A model generated the notes under the pieces. That model had not been told where the DNA came from and did not search any database. It saw nothing but the letters and a program-made list of their open reading frames with translations. A stretch of DNA of 64,000 nt from Minisyncoccota bacterium (GTDB lineage Bacteria > Patescibacteriota > Minisyncoccia > Phycocordibacterales > UBA9973): assembly GCA_035994985.1 (NCBI GenBank), contig DASYKZ010000007.1, forward strand, positions 15,601 to 79,600, in the 5' to 3' direction. The position numbers and the translations under genes are program-made. Below are positions 11,201-18,804 of this stretch, piece after piece (position 1 is the stretch's first letter; each line of letters starts with the position of its first letter).

Positions 11201-11777
11201 CAAAATTCTCCACTTTAAAGGGCTCACGCTCCATAAGCTTCTTTGCTTCATCTGCTTCTCTAGCTTCTTTTGTGTTACCTGTAATGAAATCAAATATTTT
11301 CTTTATTATGCCGTCCTTAGGATTTTCCGTTTGCTGTTTTTCAAAAGCATCTAGACGTTCAATAGCGGTTTCAGGGAGTTTATTATCAATTAAATGTTGC
11401 CTGACTTTAGCAAGTTGCTCTTCTACGGACAAAGAATTATCCTTTTTAAATTTTGTTTTTAAAAGCGGTACCTCTTCAGCAGGCGCAACAGCTTCAGCTG
11501 GTGCTTCAGTTGCTTGCTCTTGCTCTAACGCAGGTGCTGTAGTTTCTTCCTGTGGTGAAGGTAAAGTAGAATCCTCCTCAACTGGTGAATTCGCATTATC
11601 TCCAGAAACTGGCTCTTCCTGCGCCGGAAATTCTGTTTGTGGGACAGCATTCTCTTGAGCAAACACTCGTACGACAGGCATCACTGGAGATAAGACGAAT
11701 GAAAGAAATAACAATATAGCTAGTAATCTTTTAGTAACCTTCAAACAACGTACAAACTTTATATATGAAGTTGGCAT
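8262..11777 (-). CDS. Secreted transglutaminase-like protein with a C-terminal RlpA-like (DPBB) domain
   Basis: Signal peptide; TGase-like core YIPYYGSKKG...GNDMDKSSLLVAMLR...EHTYVE...WVAMDPTF; C-terminus KVWIKNSVTGKAV..ILDYGP...GASPEAMKAIG resembles RlpA DPBB. Confidence 0.75.
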   Translation of the reverse strand: MPTSYIKFVRCLKVTKRLLAILLFLSFVLSPVMPVVRVFAQENAVPQTEFPAQEEPVSGDNANSPVEEDSTLPSPQEETTAPALEQEQATEAPAEAVAPAEEVPLLKTKFKKDNSLSVEEQLAKVRQHLIDNKLPETAIERLDAFEKQQTENPKDGIIKKIFDFITGNTKEAREADEAKKLMEREPFKVENFDGKINTAPADDYEKKFEQAKEHGNFLQKVKNFLLDGTFYNSDFDKTKEKGGIISWLFGGEKIYADASNDPDDYIAEGNEIKFSQAIQDKADELSNDPLKILNFLRNEIEYIPYYGSKKGSDGTLVELAGNDMDKSSLLVAMLRYSDIPARYRHADVKVEISTVTGLLGVDSPIRAAEILSLEDIPYIMYTQNDEPVFFVLEHTYVEAYMPYGYSRGADLNDGGESQWVAMDPTFNSYLYSQVVDAVDEMNSDGFDIEDFFDDYLNGDYATQEPLEVFQGKVEDWLIANPPADNDSYTYQEVLMRKFGANMELETVPGSLPYEISTDLNTYDYIPTSLRHTIDFTVTDTTSTEVLTYTAFISDLANREILVTYEAATPEDQTIIDGFDTIYDVVPLTLADVKPKIRVGGDIVATGTASDILGKVHKYKMEFNVPIRDIGDSVDSELAETLEKSIVTGTTDGVALNTDRIVPSILRPDEDTDSGTFMQSQKLYRTGVDYLGRLQKNHRELAGITGGDFTNRATSAAISNGVEVTYSSGQPYSFEWKGLRIDSSSLVRYFSRFGDDIYSNRKEFMALFGLQGSQDESDIFEDNFDIESVATVKGLKLVADGEFPGITLEKITEANEGDIDSLSISPGMKTVFHDAIGDGKIIYTPSDSITYGDWEGLFYIALDYDVGDGTYAIGEGLNGGYTVEQFPTGWSNFWRAHTLPGLTATINSPTNNATVKRGEDIHWSASYDSIFHDWDEEGDINTTTFPIQTITLHSGYGTSSSVDVNIVKGSNPTSVVCTTTLEGRSLPATSGTIAEEMHLPLFIDKNSGTYQTRHGGQIQYNKQDDIHSHPTTSQFLIDLGNQSSNINNPWIDPKTGKYWNMSIRYGAFAQPANSNDHEKFYVNMRWKYTDFDMPERLTEQKWYFGKKVWIKNSVTGKAVLSGILDYGPHITTNKVAGASPEAMKAIGAKTNDSLEYCWASDQDIPYGKTLTY

Positions 11778-11861
11778 GTATTTAAAAATAATAAAAATTA
11801 TAATAAAAGAATATACTATATTGAGTTAAAGATTTTCTAAAGAACTGATAAAGGTTACCAC

Positions 11862-12620
11862 TTATCTATATTTCTTGATTTTATCTTGATTAATTTCTAC
11901 GCAATCGGACGTGCTACTATCTTCCGCTGTGGTCCAGCTATCTATGCGCTCTTCTATGCTGTAAATTTTCCATTCTCCCTCTATCCTCTTGAAAGTAAAT
12001 TGATCGATATTATCACCCTCGCCTTTGCATCCGTTTCCCGCAGCACCTAGATATGATTGCCATCCTCGTCTGCCATAGACAAGCATTGTGTTTTCATCTA
12101 AGAGCTTGCGACCTAGCGCTTCTCCCCCAATACCTGCTCCGGTTGGCCACGGAAACTGAAATATCCATGCAGGGGAATTTTTATCAAAAAATGCCAGGCG
12201 AAAAGCTTCATAATGCGGACTATTCCAATCGTCAGATGGTGGTGGAACAACAAAATACGGAGCAAAAAATTCTGTAAATTCGTGCTTGCCTGACCTATCG
12301 AATATTGAGTATTCGGAAGTACTGCCATAATAGAGGGTCAGGTCATAGTATGTGGCGAGGATTACGTCAATTGCGGTATCATCTTTGGGAACAAATTTCT
12401 TAAGCTCTTCCGCTGCTTTTTGATAAGAAACATCTGCCGAATGGTCAACGGCTTGTTTCACTTTAAGATTTATCTTGCCGTCATAGGTCGAGATTTCTTT
12501 CGAGTATAAGTCTTTATACTCTCTGTCTCTTTTATTTAAGAATAAAAAAAGAGATATACCTATTAAAAGAAGTACGAGAAAAAATACTGAGATAATTTTC
12601 TTATTTTTTAAGTGTTGCAT
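11862..12620 (-). CDS. Membrane-anchored hypothetical protein
   Basis: 252 aa; N-terminal TM; two Cys; C-terminal FKRIEGEWKI. Confidence 0.65.
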   Translation of the reverse strand: MQHLKNKKIISVFFLVLLLIGISLFLFLNKRDREYKDLYSKEISTYDGKINLKVKQAVDHSADVSYQKAAEELKKFVPKDDTAIDVILATYYDLTLYYGSTSEYSIFDRSGKHEFTEFFAPYFVVPPPSDDWNSPHYEAFRLAFFDKNSPAWIFQFPWPTGAGIGGEALGRKLLDENTMLVYGRRGWQSYLGAAGNGCKGEGDNIDQFTFKRIEGEWKIYSIEERIDSWTTAEDSSTSDCVEINQDKIKKYR

Positions 12621-12716
12621 TTAGTTTATTATAACACTTTCTATATAAATAAATTGATATCAATAGTTTTCACATAGCTCTAAATAACAATCACAATATA
12701 TGTTAATATTAAAAAT

Positions 12717-13826
12717 ATGAAAAAGCTAAAGGTTATATTTGATAATAACTCCCATATAGCCGGCAAAGGAAAGCCTATTTTAGAAATTTTTTCTAATAAT
12801 GTTATTAATCTTAAAAAATTTATATCCAAAAATAATATAAATGAAAGAGTTTCTAGTTGTTTTACTGAAATAATAAAAGAAGAAGGTATTAAAGAACTTC
12901 AAAGACGAGTAATCGCTAGATATCACGATGTTAAAAAATCCGCTGAAGCAATTAAAGGTATCGTTCCAGAAGATTTTATTTCTGAACTTAATGAAGGAGA
13001 ATTAAAAAATAAAATTGAAGAACAATATGATTTAAAATTAAAAGAAAATAATATAGAGATTATACCTCTACCTTCCGAAGCAAAAATATTAGAACTCTCA
13101 GAACGAGCACTTGATTATATACCTCCTTTTGAGATTGGGGATAAAGGTTTTAAGGATACTTTAATTTGGTTGTCTATTCTTGAAGATGCAGAAAAAAATA
13201 AAGACTTTGATTATATTTTTGTAACTGGAGATAAAATCTTTAATGATAGAGTCAAGAATGAGTTCAAGGCAAAACTAGGAAAAAATATTCATATAATTTT
13301 ACCAGAACTTATTGAAGAATCTTTGGATGAAGTTTTGGATTTAGGAATCGGATTAGAAAAAGCTAGAGAAGAAGCAACAAAAGCTTTGAAATTAGATGAG
13401 TCTCTCCAAAGGAAACTAGAGAAGGTTGCATTAGAAGAGCTTGCTCAACCAACCAACGCTCTTTCTCTTATCTTTTATAGTGGTGGGGAAAATAATAAAT
13501 GGGAGTCTAAGGTAGTTAATTTAATTTTCAAAGACGCAAATATAAGTATTAAAAATAAAACCTCAGCAGATACTTTTGAGATAGAGGCAACTATATCTTT
13601 TAAACCTAAATATGAAAAATCTGAAAATGAAGCGGATCAATCTCTTTACGGGGCTACAAGGTCTAATATTACAGTCATGTCTATGTATAACGGAGATAGA
13701 ATCTATTATCCAATTTCATTGAAAAAAACTTTCGACCTTACATATAAAAAAGGCAAAGGCTTTGATATTACGGGTTCTGGTAAAATGTACCCCGATTTTC
13801 CATTCACCATAAATAATTTCTACTAG
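12717..13826 (+). CDS. PIN-domain protein (DUF4935-like)
   Basis: N-terminal VIFDNN; PPF..GDKGFKDTLIWLSIL and FVTGDKIF motifs; very AT-rich. Confidence 0.7.
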   Translation: MKKLKVIFDNNSHIAGKGKPILEIFSNNVINLKKFISKNNINERVSSCFTEIIKEEGIKELQRRVIARYHDVKKSAEAIKGIVPEDFISELNEGELKNKIEEQYDLKLKENNIEIIPLPSEAKILELSERALDYIPPFEIGDKGFKDTLIWLSILEDAEKNKDFDYIFVTGDKIFNDRVKNEFKAKLGKNIHIILPELIEESLDEVLDLGIGLEKAREEATKALKLDESLQRKLEKVALEELAQPTNALSLIFYSGGENNKWESKVVNLIFKDANISIKNKTSADTFEIEATISFKPKYEKSENEADQSLYGATRSNITVMSMYNGDRIYYPISLKKTFDLTYKKGKGFDITGSGKMYPDFPFTINNFY

Positions 13827-13893
13827 ACTTAATTAAAATGCCAACACTCTAGCAAAATTAGCCAGTTTTGCTACTATTAAAATCTTCTAAAGA

Positions 13894-14547
13894 TTATATT
13901 CTCTTTTTTATCTTACGAGGGTTAGCTTTTTTATATCTACGAGCTTCTTCTTTATTGTCGGCTTCCCAAACTTTATCTCTAAATGATGATAATTGACTAG
14001 CTATTGCGTAATTTTGTCTTATAAATTTCAGTATTATACTAGGAGTAATTTTTATCTTTCTAAAATTCATCCCTAACCCTTCTCTGTTTTCTACACTTTT
14101 GTATCTCACAAAACCAGCTTCATCTAAACTCTGCCAGTTGGCATGAGCAATAATATTTCTAAACTCTGATAATTCAACAAGTTTTAAATAAATTAGCTTT
14201 ATTTCACTAAGTAACTTAGATTGCTTTTTTCCTGTTAAACAATATTTTATAAAAGCAAAATAATCATCCCTTAATAAATCAATCTTCTGTCTAAATTCTA
14301 AATATTTTATTATTCTATAACCAGGTTCATATGCTCTATCACTAATAGCAGTAGCTAAATCCACATCAACTCTGTCTTCTAATGCTGAAAAAGAAATAAC
14401 TAATCTCCCTATTGATCTAGCATATTTTTCTTCAACTTCTTCTATCACTTCGAATTCTCCATTAGTATCTTCTTCATCGTTAGTTCCATACTGACCCATA
14501 TAAGCCGCTTTAATTTCTAGTTTTATTTTTTCCTTTGGTTTTCTCAT
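13894..14547 (-). CDS. Hypothetical protein with a HEPN-like RxxxxH motif
   Basis: IGRLVISFSALE helix plus RNIIAH motif; ATG at 14547 preferred over 14565. Confidence 0.55.
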   Translation of the reverse strand: MRKPKEKIKLEIKAAYMGQYGTNDEEDTNGEFEVIEEVEEKYARSIGRLVISFSALEDRVDVDLATAISDRAYEPGYRIIKYLEFRQKIDLLRDDYFAFIKYCLTGKKQSKLLSEIKLIYLKLVELSEFRNIIAHANWQSLDEAGFVRYKSVENREGLGMNFRKIKITPSIILKFIRQNYAIASQLSSFRDKVWEADNKEEARRYKKANPRKIKKRI

Positions 14548-14575
14548 AACTGGAAATGCTTTCAATTAAAGATAA

Positions 14576-15586
14576 TTATGACAAATTATCAAAAAGCCCC
14601 GATTGGTCATCTGGAATAATTTCTTGCTGTTTTTTTACTCTTTCTTTGTGAAAAACAATATCTTCGTTATAACTTTCTACTTCCCTAATGTAAATACTCC
14701 GATTTAACAGTATTCCACCTTTTAAATCACCAGTAATATCAAAAATTACTTTCATGTTATCGCCACTAGCAAATGTTCGTTCTCTTTTATAAGTCTGATC
14801 CTTAAAATCAGGGTCTTGCATATAAAAATCAATGTCTTCACCATTGGTTAAAATTGTTACACTTTCTGAAACTATATTTTCTCCAAAATATGTCCCCCTC
14901 CAAGATATGCCTCTGCCTTCTCTTTTCTGTTTAACTACTGGAGATATTAATTCTATAATGCCATTGGCATTTTCGTAAGAATATTTTTTGTCTAATATCG
15001 GTTCTATATATTTAGGAAAATCCTCTTTTACTATCTTTTTTGAAGAAATAATTTCCCCTTTCGAATCTTTTAAGAGAGTTTCATTATCTTTAATCATATT
15101 ATCTCTTTGCAGGGTGTCGTAAATATTGTTTTTTTTCTTTTTTAAATTTAAGTTTCCACATACCTCAGCTAATTTTTCATCAGGAATATTTTCTATATCA
15201 TAATCTCCCTTGAGTGCTTCCATATTTTGCTTTAATTCTAGGCATTTTGCTGTATCGTCTACAACCCACATATTCTTCTCGTGTAAATGCTCTTCGTGGG
15301 AATCCTTATAATTCAAAACAACAAAGACTAAACCAGCGACAGTAGCAGCAGTTCCTAGCGATACCCCTATTTTATTTTTCTTAATAAATTTTATTATATC
15401 TTTATACGATCCTGGCTCAGAAGGAAGTAAGAAAATTTCAAACTCTTCGTTTGGATATAAAACTTTTGACATTTCTTGGAGCATAGCTACCAAGTCTTCT
15501 GAACATTTATTCCGTGTATTGGCACGGATATAATGATCTGGTACTCCAAAATGGGTTTCTATGGTTATGAAATTTTCAGCTGTCAT
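14576..15586 (-). CDS. Hypothetical protein (AT-rich island)
   Basis: 336-aa ORF with one hydrophobic segment; no family recognised. Confidence 0.7.
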   Translation of the reverse strand: MTAENFITIETHFGVPDHYIRANTRNKCSEDLVAMLQEMSKVLYPNEEFEIFLLPSEPGSYKDIIKFIKKNKIGVSLGTAATVAGLVFVVLNYKDSHEEHLHEKNMWVVDDTAKCLELKQNMEALKGDYDIENIPDEKLAEVCGNLNLKKKKNNIYDTLQRDNMIKDNETLLKDSKGEIISSKKIVKEDFPKYIEPILDKKYSYENANGIIELISPVVKQKREGRGISWRGTYFGENIVSESVTILTNGEDIDFYMQDPDFKDQTYKRERTFASGDNMKVIFDITGDLKGGILLNRSIYIREVESYNEDIVFHKERVKKQQEIIPDDQSGLFDNLS

Positions 15587-15769
15587 AGTTATAATTATTT
15601 TCTATAATCTGAATAATTTTTTCTTGTAACAAGATTTTTAGTTGGAATCTTTTTGTTCCTATTCCTTAATTTCTACCATAAAATTTCTAGTTTTACAAGA
15701 CTAACCACGATATTTGCAAAATGAAATTGGGACTATGATAAAATGTATATAGTTGATAGAAATATTAAC

Positions 15770-16300
15770 CAGTAGAGAGTAATGTAATAGCGCGTTCTAG
15801 AACCTTTTCAAGAGCGCACAACTACACTGTGCTCTACTGAAAAGGTTTTTTGTTATCTTGCCTCATTGTTAGGAATGAGGGTTATACTGGAGGGCTAGGC
15901 TACGTTACCAACACTGGGCCTCCTCTGGATGCGATATAAACAAGTGTTGGCTGACGAATAGCTAAGCGTCTATTATCTTAGCCAAGGGAGTCTGATTGTA
16001 AAGAGATTTATTAGCAGACATCCTTGTAGGTCAGTGTCTCATAGTGGATGTAGTCAATCGACAAGCCACAAAGGGAAAAAGGAGTACATGTATGTGCTAG
16101 AAAGTCCGTTTTGACGGACACATACAGAGACAGATTCAATCAGGAGTAATTCCCTGAAAAAGCTAGATTGATAAATCACTTCCGAGAGAAAACGGAATCA
16201 CGTGATGATACTGACAAGTAGGAAACGAACGTTATCTTTGATATGGTCAAAATATTTAATAAAAACACGCTTAACCTTTCAACAGGAGTTCCCAGTATAG
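15770..16300 (+). ncRNA. Candidate large structured non-coding RNA
   Basis: No long ORF; about 10 hand-identified stems with G-U pairs favouring the + strand; long-range stems 15882-15890/16292-16300 and 16030-16038/16207-16215; extended -10 TGATAAAAT at 15736-15744. Confidence 0.55.
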
Positions 16301-16576
16301 GAGTATCAAGATGAAATGGAAACTTTGGAAATTGAGCTTTCAGAACATACGAAAGCAGATTACGATTACCAAACAACTGTTGCTATGGTTATTTCTGTAG
16401 CACGTAGAGCAAAAGAAATATTTGAAAAAAGTTCTGACACGGCCGGAAAAAGAGCATTTTTAAATTCTTTGCTTCAGAACCCTACCATAAATGGAAAAAA
16501 GCTAGATTTTACAATAGCTTCTCCATATAATCTTGTACTAGAATTAGCTGATCACCCTAACTGGCTCCGGGGGTAG
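16301..16576 (+). pseudogene. C-terminal remnant of a large serine recombinase/integrase ending in the tRNA-Asn 3' end
   Basis: ...ARRAKEIFEKSS..KRAFLNSLLQNPTINGKKL...PYNLV...WLRG* resembles the tail of CPR site-specific recombinases; the last codons overlap the tRNA; no catalytic domain upstream (in-frame TAG at 16298). Confidence 0.6.
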
Positions 16577-16636
16577 GGATCGAACCTACGACCAATCGCT
16601 TAACAGGCGACCGCTCTACCACTGAGCTACCCCGGA
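16562..16636 (-). tRNA. tRNA-Asn(GTT)
   Basis: Reverse complement TCCGGGGTAGCTCAGTGGTAGAGC...CTGTTAA...GGTTCGATCCC...CCGGAGCCA; cloverleaf, CCA encoded. Confidence 0.97.
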
Positions 16637-16738
16637 ATATTTACCATAGTAGCAGAAATGAGCGAAAAAACAACTAAGAAGTTAGGGGCAATTTGCATTA
16701 TTGATAAAATAATATAGAATATTGAAGTTGATATGTTT

Positions 16739-16811
16739 GGGCCGTTAGCTCATCTGGTAGAGCACCTCATTTGCAATGAGGGGGTGGCAGGTTCGAGTCC
16801 TGTACGGTCCA
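16739..16811 (+). tRNA. tRNA-Ala(TGC)
   Basis: GGGCCGTTAGCTCATCTGGTAGAGC...TTTGCAA...GGTTCGAGTCC...GGTCCA; G3-U70 pair; CCA not encoded. Confidence 0.95.
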
Positions 16812-16824
16812 CTTTTAAAAAGCT

Positions 16825-18144
16825 TTAATCGTAGTAATCTAAACCCAGATGCGTGATAGACTCTTCGCCCTGAATATGACGAAGGGTATTTTTTAATTTC
16901 ATTTGCTGGATAAATATATCGTGCTCTTCTTTCAGCCCCGGAGCAGTCTGTGGCGCTTTGAAATAAAAAGACAGCCACTCCTGCACACCTTTCATTTTTG
17001 AGCGCTGGGCAAGGTCTAAGAATAGCGCCAAGTCGAGTACTAATGGCGCGGCCAAAATCGAATCCTTGCAAAGAAAATCAATCTTGATCTGCATCTTATA
17101 GCCCAGCCAGCCGAATATATCTATATTGTCCCAGCCTTCCTTATCGTCGCCCCTTGGAGGATAATATTCAATGCGAATTTTATGGTATGTGTTGCCGTAT
17201 AATTTTGGGTTTAATTTCGGCTCTAAAATCGTTTCCAAAACTCCGAGCTTAGACTCTTCTTTAGTTTTAAAGTTATCCGGGTCGTCCAAGACCTCACCGT
17301 CGCGGTTGCCTAAAATATTTGTGGAGAACCAGCCATTGATTCCAATCGAGCGTGATTTTAAGCCGGGAGCTAATATGGTCTTCATTAACGTTTGTCCTGT
17401 CTTAAAATCTTTACCGCAAATCGGCACACCCAACTGATTCGCAAGGTCAGTCAGAGCTGGTGTGTCTATGGCTAGATTTGGAGCACCCATAGCAAACGGC
17501 ACCCCGCTCTTAATCGCCGCATACGCATAGACCATAGATGGAGCAATTTGCGGGCTGTCATTGCGCATAGCTTTCTCAAAACTTTCAATCGTTTCATGTT
17601 CTTTGGACTCAAGCAGGAAAATTTCTGTGGACGCGGCCCAGACCATTACTAATCTGTCGCAGCCATTGTCAGCCTTAAATTTCTGTATATCGGCAATTAA
17701 TTTTTCAGCAAGGTCCATCTTTGTCCCCCCTGCCTTTACATTATCATAATTTTTCAGCCGTTTTGCGTATTCCGGCTGGAACACGGCAGACATCGGTTTG
17801 ATAACTGTGAGTTCTTCCTTTACTCCATTTAATAAATCTTTTTCCAGTACGCCGGCTTTCAAGGCTGCATCGTAGGCATTGTCTCCATACACATCCCAAG
17901 CCCCGAAAACCAGACTATCCAATCCCGCCAAGGGCACAAAATCTTTAATAAAAGGCGTTTTATTGTCTGTCCGCTTTCCGATGCGGATGGTGCCCATCTG
18001 GGTAAGCGAACCAATTGGTTCAGCCAGGCCCTTTTTTACAGCTTCTACTCCTGCGATAAACGTGGTCGACACTGCGCCAAGCCCCACAAGCAGTACTCCT
18101 AATTTTCCCTCGGCTGGCTGTATGTCAATTTTAGTCTCAGGCAT
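16825..18144 (-). CDS. ino1: myo-inositol-1-phosphate synthase
   Basis: GLGAVSTT NAD-binding motif; GKDFKTGQT, NILGNRDG, GDDKEGWD and DSILAAPL motifs. Confidence 0.93.
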   Translation of the reverse strand: MPETKIDIQPAEGKLGVLLVGLGAVSTTFIAGVEAVKKGLAEPIGSLTQMGTIRIGKRTDNKTPFIKDFVPLAGLDSLVFGAWDVYGDNAYDAALKAGVLEKDLLNGVKEELTVIKPMSAVFQPEYAKRLKNYDNVKAGGTKMDLAEKLIADIQKFKADNGCDRLVMVWAASTEIFLLESKEHETIESFEKAMRNDSPQIAPSMVYAYAAIKSGVPFAMGAPNLAIDTPALTDLANQLGVPICGKDFKTGQTLMKTILAPGLKSRSIGINGWFSTNILGNRDGEVLDDPDNFKTKEESKLGVLETILEPKLNPKLYGNTYHKIRIEYYPPRGDDKEGWDNIDIFGWLGYKMQIKIDFLCKDSILAAPLVLDLALFLDLAQRSKMKGVQEWLSFYFKAPQTAPGLKEEHDIFIQQMKLKNTLRHIQGEESITHLGLDYYD

Positions 18145-18233
18145 AGTGTTTTATTATTTATTATTAATTAAATTGATTGTATCATGTCCTGTTTATAACA
18201 CAAAAGAGAAGACTGTGTAAAATAATTAAAAAC

Positions 18234-18259
18234 AAAAACCCGCCTTGCGGCGGGCTTTT
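18234..18259 (-). terminator. Intrinsic terminator
   Basis: AAAAACCCGCC-TTGC-GGCGGGCTTTT hairpin with a U-tract on the minus strand. Confidence 0.75.
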
Positions 18260-18364
18260 GCGGCACATATGTTGTTTACGGTAAATGCAAGAATCACTTC
18301 GTACACTCACAATAATAGTGTATCATACTTCGGATAAAAAAGCAAGTAAAAAGACGATTTAGTA

Positions 18365-18393
18365 GAAAAATCCTCTCGTAAGAGAGGATTTTT
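18365..18393 (-). terminator. Terminator downstream of rnpB
   Basis: GAAAAATCCTCT-CGTA-AGAGAGGATTTTTC hairpin. Confidence 0.75.
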
Positions 18394-18401
18394 CATGTTT
18401 G

Positions 18402-18780
18402 GTCTTGTGCCTATAAGCCGAATTTTGTCTTCCCTTGCGGGATAATGGCAATTTGTCTAGGCCCTAAATTACTTGAGGGCTCAAGCGATTCTCCCCGCAC
18501 ATAACTTTACACAACTTTATATACCTTATTAAACTAGAGATGTAGAGTTATGTGCGGGGCGCGATCTTGCACAGAGGTAAGGATTTAGCCGTTTCACCCT
18601 AGTGTTACCACTAGATTATTCCCGAAGGAACCCTAGCCTTTCGGCCTTGGCGTCTCTGTTCGCACCTATATATTGCTATACACGGGTATTACCCGCTACC
18701 ATTCCCAGTCCCTTCTGGAACTTCGCTGTGTTCGGACTTTCCTCTCTGAAATAAATCAGAGTAGCCATCCAGCATAAGAC
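18402..18780 (-). ncRNA. rnpB: RNase P RNA
   Basis: Minus strand carries GAGGAAAGTCCG (P4 5'), GGGTGAAACGG, and ACAAAATTCGGCTTATAG (P4 3'); ends GTCTTATGC/GCACAAGAC pair. Confidence 0.95.
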
Positions 18781-18804
18781 TAATCCTGATTATACTACAA
18801 ATTT

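Noticed and set aside
15770-16300. Group I/II intron, tmRNA or retron identity for the structured region
   Set aside because: No group II domain V or GTGCG start; the group I-like words (GATGTAGTC, CAGAGAC) are in the wrong order; no tRNA-like ends or tag ORF; no reverse transcriptase in the window
16176-16376. 66-aa minus-strand ORF
   Set aside because: Antisense to the recombinase remnant and structured region; no protein-like features
16745-17071. 108-aa minus-strand ORF
   Set aside because: Out-of-frame overlap with ino1 and antisense to tRNA-Ala; shadow ORF
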